A stretch of DNA of 62,468 nt, from positions 1 to 62,468 of the forward strand of contig DATCPK010000068.1 in assembly GCA_036570125.1 (NCBI GenBank), read 5' to 3'. How positions within the stretch are numbered: the first letter of the stretch is position 1; every line of letters starts with the position of its first letter. Of this stretch, positions 38,690 through 45,951 are shown in pieces. The stretch is from Candidatus Limnocylindria bacterium (lineage in GTDB: Bacteria; Chloroflexota; Limnocylindria; P2-11E). Below the pieces are notes generated by a model. The model had not been told where the DNA came from and ran no database searches. It saw only the letters and a list, made by a program, of their open reading frames with translations. Made by a program: the position numbers and the translations under genes.

Positions 38690-38896
38690 GACGAAGGACC
38701 GCCATTCGGCGGCCCCGATCGTCAGCGATGAATCGCTCCGCGACCCGTGCAAGTAATGCGGAGCGATCAATAAGTGCTGATAAGCCCCACCAGGCTTCCC
38801 CTTCTCTCACGTGCGCTGCGCGCCTTCCCCTAAACGCGACGCTGCGAATCATGCGGTGCGGGTAACGGTTACGCAACAGAAATCTCAAAAGAATTT

Positions 38897-40018
38897 TCAG
38901 CGCACGTCGATCGCGTACCCCTCCTCGGCCCGATCGAGGGCGTGATCGAGGACGACGGCCCATCCGCGGACGACCTCTTCGATCGGCCGACCGCACTTTC
39001 GCTCCACCCATTCGCGCCGAGCCGGATCAGCGATGCGTGCGATCCAGAATGCAATGACCGGCGCGAGGTAAAGCGCCGTCGATGCGGCGTACGCGAATCG
39101 GACATCGCGCTCTTCCCCGCGCCATCCGGCATCGCGCAAACCATCGACGTATGCCGTGAACGCTCGCTTGCTCATCGTTGCCAGCTGGTCTGGTTCGGCG
39201 TCGAGCCAGATGTGGCTTCCGCCGACGAGGACCGCGAGCTCCTGCCCCGCGGGTGCGGTGCCCACCGATGACCAGTCGATCGCGATCGTCTGGACCTCGT
39301 TATGAGGTCCATGCGCCGCGATCAGATTCGACCGCCAGGCATCGAGATGCGAGAACGTCTGAGGCTGCCGATCCATGCGATCGAAGAGAGGACCGACCTG
39401 CGAATAGAGGTGTTCGAGGCGCTCGATGGGCGGGTCCGGCAGCGCGGCCGCAGCCAATGGGTGCGACCACGAGCCGGGTGAACGGACGATGTCCACCCAC
39501 GGGATCCAGTTTGTCCAGGAGCGCAGCTGATCGCGCGAGAGGAACGGAGGGTTCGGGATTGGCCTGCCCGCGAGGTAGGCGCCGTTGAATCTCCCGAAAT
39601 GTAAGGCGGCCGTGACGTAGCGCTCCGTCGGCCACCGATGGTCGCCCTGCTCGGAGATCTCCTCGAGCCACACGAATGCGACGTCGCCTTCATCCGCTGC
39701 CCCGAAGAGACGGGGCGCGGAGATCCCTGGTAGGTCGTCGAGGATCCCGGAGCTGTACGCAAGGAACTCGCGCTTCCAGTAGGTCCACTCGGCGGCGGCG
39801 TCCGTCGTCGGATCGCGACGCCACGCCTTCAGGATTAGCGACCATTCACGCTCGGCTCCGCCGACCGAAGCGCGGCCGTTCCAGTGGAAGAGGGCGCGAG
39901 TGTTCGGGTTCATCCCGATCCAGGTGAGAGGCGCATGAGTCGCCGCGAGCAGGCGTACATCGTTCGTAGAGAAGAGCGTTCGTAACGGAGCGTCGAGCGA
40001 GTGCGGATCGCCGGCCAA
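38897..40018 (-). CDS. Phosphotransferase (aminoglycoside/choline kinase-like, APH fold) family protein
   Basis: Track ORF of 373 aa. It carries the Brenner-type catalytic motif HLDAWRSNL and the downstream IDWSSVG metal-binding motif. The start is uncertain: the TTG at 40018 has no clear SD. Confidence 0.7.
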   Translation of the reverse strand: MAGDPHSLDAPLRTLFSTNDVRLLAATHAPLTWIGMNPNTRALFHWNGRASVGGAEREWSLILKAWRRDPTTDAAAEWTYWKREFLAYSSGILDDLPGISAPRLFGAADEGDVAFVWLEEISEQGDHRWPTERYVTAALHFGRFNGAYLAGRPIPNPPFLSRDQLRSWTNWIPWVDIVRSPGSWSHPLAAAALPDPPIERLEHLYSQVGPLFDRMDRQPQTFSHLDAWRSNLIAAHGPHNEVQTIAIDWSSVGTAPAGQELAVLVGGSHIWLDAEPDQLATMSKRAFTAYVDGLRDAGWRGEERDVRFAYAASTALYLAPVIAFWIARIADPARREWVERKCGRPIEEVVRGWAVVLDHALDRAEEGYAIDVR

Positions 40019-40043
40019 TCGGCCGGCGAGGACGTCGAGTTCG

Positions 40044-40226
40044 CTACTCGCCGTCGAGCGTGTTCCCCACCGTCAGCTCGCGCATCCAATCCTCGAGGAG
40101 CAGTCCGATGCGATCGTGTTGAGGCGGCGCGCTCTTGGACACTCGGTGGGAGCGGGGAGGCTCCGGGAGGGGGCGCGCAGCCCAGTGCCTCGCCTGCACT
40201 CGCGCGAGCTCTTGGGTGGCGACCAT
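40044..40226 (-). CDS. Small hypothetical protein (60 aa) upstream of the kinase gene
   Basis: ATG 40226 is preceded by GGAGG (40237-40241, 10-nt spacer), third positions are G/C-rich, and the product is MVATQELARVQARHWAARPLPEPP...TVGNTLDGE. It is the 3' part of the longer track ORF 40044..40508, whose 5' part is antisense to the ArsR gene. Confidence 0.35.
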   Translation of the reverse strand: MVATQELARVQARHWAARPLPEPPRSHRVSKSAPPQHDRIGLLLEDWMRELTVGNTLDGE

Positions 40227-40321
40227 CTCTTCGTTACCTCCAGCTAAGGTGTGACACGAAGCGTCGCGCCAGTGGCGTGCGAGGTAACGTCCGGTTCGGT
40301 CGTGATTGGGTCGTGAATCGG

Positions 40322-40372
40322 TGACGCCGAACGGCGTCAGTGCCTTGACGGTGAGTAAGCGTGCACTTACTC
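40322..40372 (+). promoter_or_regulatory. Two 7-bp perfect inverted repeats in the divergent promoter region upstream of the ArsR gene (candidate operators)
   Basis: The repeats are TGACGCC-gaac-GGCGTCA (40322-40339) and GAGTAAG-cgtgca-CTTACTC (40353-40372). The second lies between a TTGACG -35-like hexamer (40345-40350) and a TACTCT -10-like hexamer (40368-40373, 17-nt spacer). Confidence 0.4.
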
Positions 40373-40379
40373 TCAAAAA

Positions 40380-40718
40380 ATCGACGCATTTGCCGCACTT
40401 GGAGAACCCCGACGCCGCGAGATCCTTCGGCTCGTCGCGAGTAAGGAGCTCTCGGTCGGCGACATCGCGCGCCGCTTCGACGTCACCCGACCGGCCATCT
40501 CCCAGCATCTTCGCGTCCTCAAGGAGGCGGGCCTCGTCACCGAGCGGCGCGACGGGACCAAGCGTCTGTACCGCGCGCGGCCGGAGACCATCGCCCAGCT
40601 CTGGGCATCGCTCGAGGTGTTCTGGTCCGAGAGTCTGCGTACCCTGAAGGCTGCCGCGGAACGCGAAGAGCAGCAGAGGAGGTCAAAGCGGCATGGCCCT
40701 CGACACGAAAGTCATTGA
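40380..40718 (+). CDS. ArsR/SmtB-family winged-helix transcriptional regulator (start codon unresolved)
   Basis: Hand translation gives IDAFAALGEPRRREILRLVASKELSVGDIARRFDVTRPAISQHLRVLKEAGLVTERRDGTKRLYRARPE.... This is the classic ArsR HTH signature. The frame opens after TAA 40356-40358 and has no ATG/GTG/TTG before the HTH, so it is absent from the track. The stop is TGA 40716-40718 and overlaps the next gene. Confidence 0.75.
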   Translation: MDAFAALGEPRRREILRLVASKELSVGDIARRFDVTRPAISQHLRVLKEAGLVTERRDGTKRLYRARPETIAQLWASLEVFWSESLRTLKAAAEREEQQRRSKRHGPRHESH

Positions 40719-41139
40719 GCGGGTGATCACGATCGACGCGTCGCCGGACATCGTCTTCCGCCTGCTGACGGACCCGGTCCAGTACGTCCGCTGGAAGGGA
40801 CGGCTCGCCGAGCTCGAGCCTCGGCCGGACGGGACCTTCCGCGTCGAATTCGGAAGTGCCAAGGACATCGCGGCCGGCAAGTACGTCGAGGTCGTCCGCG
40901 ATCGGCGCGTGGTCTTCACCTGGGGCTGGCAAGGTAACGAGGCGGTCCCGCCCGGATCGAGCACGGTCGAGATCGACCTCAAGCCGATGGGATCGGGGAC
41001 CCTCCTCCGACTCGTGCATCGCGGCTTGCCGCAGGAGGCGGTCGCCAGTCACACCGAGGGGTGGGACTACTTCCTCCCGCGTCTCGCCGATGTGGCCGAG
41101 GGACGACCGGCGCGCGAGGCACCGACGAAGACCGAGTAG
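40693..41139 (+). CDS. SRPBCC-superfamily protein (AHSA1/Aha1-like domain), typical ArsR partner
   Basis: Track ORF of 148 aa, MALDTKVIERVITIDASPDIVFRLLTDPVQYVRWKG...VVFTWGW...GTLLRLVHRGLP. It overlaps the ArsR stop. Confidence 0.8.
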   Translation: MALDTKVIERVITIDASPDIVFRLLTDPVQYVRWKGRLAELEPRPDGTFRVEFGSAKDIAAGKYVEVVRDRRVVFTWGWQGNEAVPPGSSTVEIDLKPMGSGTLLRLVHRGLPQEAVASHTEGWDYFLPRLADVAEGRPAREAPTKTE

Positions 41140-41154
41140 CGGACCGACAACGAA

Positions 41155-41186
41155 GAGGACCACGCCCGTCACCGGGCCTGGTCCTC
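41155..41186. terminator. GC-rich hairpin between convergent genes (possible bidirectional terminator)
   Basis: GAGGACCACGCCCG-tcac-CGGGCCTGGTCCTC pairs at 13 of 14 positions. It has only a weak T tract, on the minus side (ttcgttgt). Confidence 0.45.
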
Positions 41187-41210
41187 AATCGACCGTTGTG
41201 AGCTGTGTGC

Positions 41211-41324
41211 CTACGCCGCCTTGCGCTCCTCCGCCTGACTGACCGCGGCGACTCCGCCACGCGACGGCGCGACTAGCCACGCGACGACCAAGATCGCGAA
41301 CGAGGCGAATGCAAGGATCTCCAT
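41211..41324 (-). CDS. 37-aa hydrophobic micro-protein directly downstream of amt
   Basis: ATG 41324 lies 7 nt after AAGGAGG, which overlaps the amt stop codon. The product is MEILAFASFAILVVAWLVAPSRGGVAAVSQAEERKAA, one predicted TM helix. It is too short for the track. Confidence 0.45.
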   Translation of the reverse strand: MEILAFASFAILVVAWLVAPSRGGVAAVSQAEERKAA

Positions 41325-41336
41325 CAAACTGCCTCC

Positions 41337-42563
41337 TTAAATCTGGTACGCGGCTTCGCGGTGCTGCGACGCGTCGAGGCCGAGCACTTCCTCGCTCTCG
41401 GGCACACGCAGTCCGACGAAGACATTGATGAGCTTCAGGATCACGAAGGTCATGACCGCCGAGTACAAGACCGATGCGCCCACCGCGACGGCCTGGACGC
41501 CGAGCTGTCCCGGGTTGCCGTAGAAGAGTCCGTCCTTCGCGCCGCTGTTGATCGCGACGGTCGCGAACAGGCCGGTCGCGATCGCGCCCCACGCACCGCC
41601 GACGCCGTGAACACCGAAGACGTCGAGCGCGTCGTCGACCTTGAGACGCTTGGTGAGCTGGATCGCGGTGTAGCAGAAGACGCCCGCGCCGAGTCCGATG
41701 AGGATCGACGCTGAGACGTCGACGTAGCCCGACGCCGGTGTGATCGCGACGAGACCGGCGACCGCGCCGGCCGCCGCACCGAGAACGCTCGGCGCGCCTT
41801 TGTGCAGCCACGAGACGGTCATCCACGTGAGGGCCGCCATCGCTGCCGCGGTGTTCGTGACGACGAACGCGTTCGCCGCAAGACCGCCTGAGGTGATCGC
41901 GCTTCCCGCGTTGAAACCGAACCAGCCGAACCAGAGCAGCGATGCGCCGAGAACGGTCATAGTCGCGTCGTGCGGCTCGAGCGCCTCGCGTCCGTAGCCG
42001 ACGCGACGACCGAGAACGAGCGCCGCGACGAGAGCAGAGACGCCGCTCGTGATGTGCACGACGGTGCCACCCGCGAAGTCGAGAGCGCCGAGCTGACCGA
42101 GCCACCCGCCGCCCCAGACCCAGTGCGCGACCGGGTCGTAGACGAACGTGGCCCACAGCAGCGTGAAGATGACGAAGGCCTTGAAGCGCTTGCGCTCGGC
42201 GAACGCGCCGGTGATCAGAGCCGGCGTGATAACGGCGAACATCATCTGGAACACCATGTACGCCTCGTGCGGGACGGTCGGCGCGTAGGGTCCCGCGTCC
42301 TGGCCGACGCCTCGAAGCGCGAGCCAGTCCAGACCGCCGATGAGCCCACCGTGGTCGGGACCGAATGCCAGCGTGTAGCCCCAGAGGACCCACTGCACGC
42401 TGATCAACGCGAGGATGAAGAAGCTGTGCATGATCGTCGCGAGGACGTTCTTCCTCCGGACGAGCCCGCCGTAGAAGAACCCGAGCGCAGGGGTCATGAG
42501 CATGACGAGCGCCGCTGACATGAGAAGCCACGCGGTGTCGCCGGCGGAAATGGTTGTCGGCAT
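41337..42563 (-). CDS. amt: Ammonium transporter (Amt/MEP family)
   Basis: MPTTISAGDTAWLLMSAALVMLMTPALGFFYGGLVRRKNVL...FAGGTVVHITSG...VFGVHGVGGAWGAIATGLF. ATG 42563 has GGGAGG 6 nt upstream. The track ORF (to 42692) adds an implausible 43-aa leader. Confidence 0.93.
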   Translation of the reverse strand: MPTTISAGDTAWLLMSAALVMLMTPALGFFYGGLVRRKNVLATIMHSFFILALISVQWVLWGYTLAFGPDHGGLIGGLDWLALRGVGQDAGPYAPTVPHEAYMVFQMMFAVITPALITGAFAERKRFKAFVIFTLLWATFVYDPVAHWVWGGGWLGQLGALDFAGGTVVHITSGVSALVAALVLGRRVGYGREALEPHDATMTVLGASLLWFGWFGFNAGSAITSGGLAANAFVVTNTAAAMAALTWMTVSWLHKGAPSVLGAAAGAVAGLVAITPASGYVDVSASILIGLGAGVFCYTAIQLTKRLKVDDALDVFGVHGVGGAWGAIATGLFATVAINSGAKDGLFYGNPGQLGVQAVAVGASVLYSAVMTFVILKLINVFVGLRVPESEEVLGLDASQHREAAYQI

Positions 42564-43171
42564 TCGTACCTCCCGCGACAGAGCCTGAGCGTCGGTGGTG
42601 CCCCGGTCAGCGACGGTTAGGCACCACGAGGGTTGCGGTTCGGTCGTGGCCACAGTCGAGAAGCGGGGAGCGAACCGGTAGCCGCACAACACGCTGGTTC
42701 GAATCGCTTACTTGTGCCGTGGGATCAGCGCAAGCTCGGGACGACGTGACGCGCGCGAAGCAAGTCCGGATCCGGCGAGTCGATCGGTTCGTCGTGCCGC
42801 GCCGCGCGGGCAGAGGCGGCAAGGGAGACCGACAGATTGAGCTCGCCGAGTGAGACGCGAGCCGCGATGTCATCTGGCGCCTGCGCGACCCGAGCTTCGA
42901 GCGCGGCCCTGACCTCGGCGATCGCCGCTGGAAGGATGAGCCTGGACCGCAGCCGTGAACGCATCACCGTGATCGGGGTGGTTGTGAATGTCGGTTGCTG
43001 CATGAGGGGACACTACCGAGCCGGACCCGAATGAATGTGCTCATGCGCGGTAGAAGCGGTTGCGAAATCGCTGCCCTTTCGCGGCCCGATCCGCTCGCGA
43101 CCGTGGCACGACCGTTGCGTCAGAGTGACGGCCGGGGCTTCGGCATAGAATCGAGAAGCACACAACTGAAT

Positions 43172-43265
43172 ACGACGGGGGAGCGCCCGACGAAGGGGGC
43201 GCTGAGAGTGCGGACGGCCGCAGACCCCAGAACCTGATCTGAGTAATGTCAGCGTAGGGAGTCGA
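43172..43265 (+). promoter_or_regulatory. TPP (THI-box) riboswitch
   Basis: ACGACGGGGGAGCGCCCGACGAAGGGGGCGCTGAGAGTGCGGACGGCCGCAGACCCCAGAACCTGATCTGAGTAATGTCAGCGTAGGGAGTCG. It contains the conserved CUGAGA, ACCC, GAACCUGAUC and GCGUAGGGA elements and a CGAC/GTCG closing stem. Confidence 0.9.
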
Positions 43266-43285
43266 GACGCGTGGAAACCCTTACG

Positions 43286-43313
43286 AGCGGCGCTCAGGCG
43301 CCGCTTTTATTTT
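43286..43313 (+). terminator. Intrinsic terminator forming the riboswitch expression platform
   Basis: AGCGGCGC-tcag-GCGCCGCT is followed by TTTTATTTT. It ends 5 nt before the thiN ATG. Confidence 0.75.
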
Positions 43314-43317
43314 GGCC

Positions 43318-43965
43318 ATGAGGGCCGTCGTCGTCGCACACGGTGACGTGCTGCCGTCGGACCGCGCGGTCATCGATTCGAAGGACTACATCGTCGCGGC
43401 GGACGGCGGCGCCTTCGCCCTCGAGCGCTGGAAGATCCTTCCCCACCTCGTCGTCGGGGACATGGACTCGCTGGGCGACGCCGGCGTGGAGCGCATGGCG
43501 CGCAAAGGCATCGCCGTCGCGAAGTTCCCGGCGGCGAAGGACGAGTCCGACCTTGAGCTTGCGGTCGGGCAGGCGATCGAGGCGGGCGCGACCGAGATCG
43601 TGTTGCTCGGCGCGCTTGGCGGCGACCGGCTCGATCACGAGACCGCCAACCTTCTCCTCCTCGCCGATCCGGGGTACGACGGCGTCCGGCTCGAGGCGCG
43701 TCGCGGAGCGCTTCGCATCCGTCCCCTTCGCGGCGAGGGATCGCTCGCGCTCGCGGGACCGGTCGGTGCGCTCGTCACGCTCCTGCCGGTGAACGGCGAC
43801 GCCGACGGCATCACGACGGAGGGACTCCGCTTCCCGCTCCACGGCGAGACGCTTCGCTTTGGTCGCGCGCGCGGCCTGAGCAACGAGGTCGCGTCGTTAC
43901 CCGCGACGGTCACGGTTCGCAAAGGCTCGCTGCTCGTTTTCGAAACACCACAGGGAGGTGCGTGA
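43318..43965 (+). CDS. thiN: Thiamine pyrophosphokinase
   Basis: MRAVVVAHGD...YIVAADGGA...LVVGDMDSLG...KDESDLELAV...VLLGALGGDRLDHE, plus the C-terminal B1-binding-like part. I prefer ATG 43318 to the track TTG at 43312. Confidence 0.88.
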   Translation: MRAVVVAHGDVLPSDRAVIDSKDYIVAADGGAFALERWKILPHLVVGDMDSLGDAGVERMARKGIAVAKFPAAKDESDLELAVGQAIEAGATEIVLLGALGGDRLDHETANLLLLADPGYDGVRLEARRGALRIRPLRGEGSLALAGPVGALVTLLPVNGDADGITTEGLRFPLHGETLRFGRARGLSNEVASLPATVTVRKGSLLVFETPQGGA

Positions 43966-43966
43966 C

Positions 43967-44551
43967 ATGAATAGGACTAACTGGACGTGGCGCACGGTCG
44001 ACATCGTCGTCGCCGCGGCGATCGCGATCGCCTTCGGCGTCGTCTTCTGGGCGTGGAACCAGGTGTGGGCGGCCGCGACCCCGGCGTTCGTCGCGATCCC
44101 GCCGGCGCAGAACATCCTCTACGGGGTCTGGCTCGTTCCGGCCGTGCTCGCGGGACTGATCATCCGCAAGCCCGGCGCGGCGCTCTTCACCGAGCTCGTG
44201 GCCGCGAGCGTCTCGGCGATCCTCGGATCGCAGTGGGGCCTCGACGCGGTCGTGTCCGGTGCGCTCCAGGGGCTCGGCGCCGAGATCGTTTTCCTGGTCC
44301 TGGGCTACCGCCGCTGGACGATCACGGTCGCGCTCATCGCGGCGATCGGCACGGCCATCGCCGCCTGGGTGCACGACACACCTCTTTATTACGCCGATAT
44401 CGGGCTCACCGCGCAGCTCGTGATCCTCGCCTTCATGGTCGTGAGCGCGATCGTCATCGCAGGGATCGGCTCATGGCTCCTCATGCGGTCACTCGTGCAG
44501 ACGGGAGTACTCGCTCAGTTCCCGGCCGGCCGGGCGCAGCAACGGGTCTGA
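43967..44551 (+). CDS. ykoE: ECF-type transporter substrate-specific (S) component, YkoE-like (HMP/thiamine)
   Basis: A ~195-aa polytopic membrane protein, MNRTNWTWRTVDIVVAAAIAIAFGVVFW.... GGAGG at 43954-43958 lies 8 nt before ATG 43967. Its position in a TPP-riboswitch operon with a duplicated ATPase and a T component matches ykoEDC. Confidence 0.75.
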   Translation: MNRTNWTWRTVDIVVAAAIAIAFGVVFWAWNQVWAAATPAFVAIPPAQNILYGVWLVPAVLAGLIIRKPGAALFTELVAASVSAILGSQWGLDAVVSGALQGLGAEIVFLVLGYRRWTITVALIAAIGTAIAAWVHDTPLYYADIGLTAQLVILAFMVVSAIVIAGIGSWLLMRSLVQTGVLAQFPAGRAQQRV

Positions 44552-45951
44552 GCGAACCGGCCATCGTCGCGCGCGGCTGGGGCTGGCGGCACCCCGGCCG
44601 CAAGGCGTGGGCTTTGCGCGGAATCGATCTGCGCGTCGAACCTGGCGAGCGTGTCCTATTAATAGGAGCGTCCGGCGCTGGGAAGAGCACGCTGCTCCTC
44701 GCGCTCGCCGGGCTGTTGGACCAAAGCTCGGGCGAGCAGGAGGGCGAGCTCGCGGTCCGAGGTCGTGCCGGCCTCGTGCTCCAGGACCCCGAGACCCAGC
44801 TCGTCATGGCGCGCGCCGGCGACGACGTCGCGTTCGGGCTCGAGAATCACTGCGTCCCCACCGCCGAGATCTGGCCGCGGGTCCATCGAGCGCTCGCGGA
44901 CGTCGGCTTCCCCTACCCCGAGGATCGCGCGACCGCGGCGCTCTCGGGCGGCGAGAAGCAGCGGCTCGCGATCGCGGGGATCCTCGCGCTCCGACCTAGC
45001 GTGCTCCTCCTCGACGAGCCGACCGCGAACCTCGACCCCGACGGCGCGCGCGCGATACGCGGCGTGCTCGCGCGCATCGCCGAGCGCCGCGACGTAACGA
45101 TGGTCGTCGTCGAGCACCGCATCGCCGACATCCTGCCGCTCATCGACCGCGTGGTCGTGATCGAGGCGGGCGGCGGCGTGGTCGCCGATGGCCCGCCTGA
45201 AACGGTCTTCGCGCGCGAGGGCGAGCGCCTCGAGAAGCTCGGCGTGTGGGTGCCTGGCGCTTCGCCCGTCGCGCCTACCCGCCGCACCCCGCCCGGCGGG
45301 CAGGCGATCGTCGCGCGCGATCTCTCCTATCTATATCCGCCCGGAGAGGCCGCGGCGCTCGACGGCGTCGCCGCGACCGTTACACGCGGCCGCGTGCTCG
45401 CGATCACGGGGCCGAACGGAAGCGGGAAGTCCACGCTCGCGATGCTCCTCGCCGGCCTGCTCCGGCCGCAGCGCGGCGAGGTGCGCGCCTTCGGTGAGGA
45501 CCCGTCGCGTCTGTCGCCACGAGCGCTCGTGCGCCTGATCGGCACCGTCTTTCAAGACCCCGAGCACCAGCTCGTCGCCGCGCGGGTCGACGAGGAGCTG
45601 CGCGTCGGGCCGCGCGCGACCGGTCTTCCGACCGACGAGATCGAGCGACGGGTGCGCACGCTGCTCGAACGGCTCGACCTCGCGAAGGTCGCGGCCGCCA
45701 ATCCGTTCACGCTCTCGGGCGGCGAGAAGCGGCGACTCTCCGTCGGGACCGCACTCGCCACGTCGCCTGGCGCGCTGGTGCTCGACGAACCGACGTTCGG
45801 TCAGGACCGCCGAACATTCACCGAGCTCCTTGCGCTCCTGGCCGAATTCAGGGACGGCGGCGGCGCCATCGCGTTCGCCAGTCACGACGAGCTCTTCGTC
45901 GACGCCCTCGCGGACGAACGACTCCATCTCGACCGAGGACGTGCGGCGTGA
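44473..45951 (+). CDS. ykoD: ECF transporter duplicated ATPase (two ABC domains), YkoD-like
   Basis: It has two Walker A motifs (GASGAGKST, GPNGSGKST), two LSGGEKQR/LSGGEKRR signatures and two Walker B motifs. The start is uncertain: either ATG 44473, overlapping ykoE by 79 nt, or CTG 44548, overlapping the ykoE stop. The track ORF from 43987 is an out-of-gene extension. Confidence 0.85.
   Translation: MAPHAVTRADGSTRSVPGRPGAATGLSEPAIVARGWGWRHPGRKAWALRGIDLRVEPGERVLLIGASGAGKSTLLLALAGLLDQSSGEQEGELAVRGRAGLVLQDPETQLVMARAGDDVAFGLENHCVPTAEIWPRVHRALADVGFPYPEDRATAALSGGEKQRLAIAGILALRPSVLLLDEPTANLDPDGARAIRGVLARIAERRDVTMVVVEHRIADILPLIDRVVVIEAGGGVVADGPPETVFAREGERLEKLGVWVPGASPVAPTRRTPPGGQAIVARDLSYLYPPGEAAALDGVAATVTRGRVLAITGPNGSGKSTLAMLLAGLLRPQRGEVRAFGEDPSRLSPRALVRLIGTVFQDPEHQLVAARVDEELRVGPRATGLPTDEIERRVRTLLERLDLAKVAAANPFTLSGGEKRRLSVGTALATSPGALVLDEPTFGQDRRTFTELLALLAEFRDGGGAIAFASHDELFVDALADERLHLDRGRAA

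Noticed and set aside
13065-38084. More protein-like antisense ORFs rich in Ala/Val/Thr/Ser/Pro (for example 13065..15035 at 656 aa and 36888..38084 at 398 aa, plus the recurring MIATATPIETP... ORFs at 24930, 26169, 27390, 28716 and 29853)
   Set aside because: They are the codon-for-codon antisense frame of the real gene, so its composition and 1.2-kb periodicity are mirrored. They are fragmented by stops, whereas the sense frame is uninterrupted for 38.7 kb.
40227-40508. The 5' part of the track ORF 40044..40508 (154 aa)
   Set aside because: It is antisense to the ArsR coding sequence and promoter. Only the 3' 60 codons, which have their own GGAGG-ATG, are kept as a low-confidence small ORF.
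41185-42531. Track ORF of 448 aa on the minus strand overlapping amt (and the plus-strand ORFs 41361..41714 and 41970..42518)
   Set aside because: These are off-frame, Arg-rich shadows of the clearly recognisable Amt coding frame.
42690-42715. GGTTCGAAT string resembling a tRNA T-loop
   Set aside because: The flanks cannot form a T-stem or an acceptor stem, so no cloverleaf can be drawn. It lies in the amt upstream region.
42725-43003. Track ORF of 92 aa on the minus strand, between amt and the TPP riboswitch
   Set aside because: It has moderately coding-like third positions but no RBS, no motif and no conserved context that I can see. There is not enough support to call it a gene, and it may instead be amt regulatory leader or promoter space.
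43987-44472. The 5' extension of the track ORF 43987..45951 (654 aa)
   Set aside because: The extension is an Arg-rich alternative frame lying over the ykoE-like membrane gene. ABC-ATPase homology begins only around 44550.
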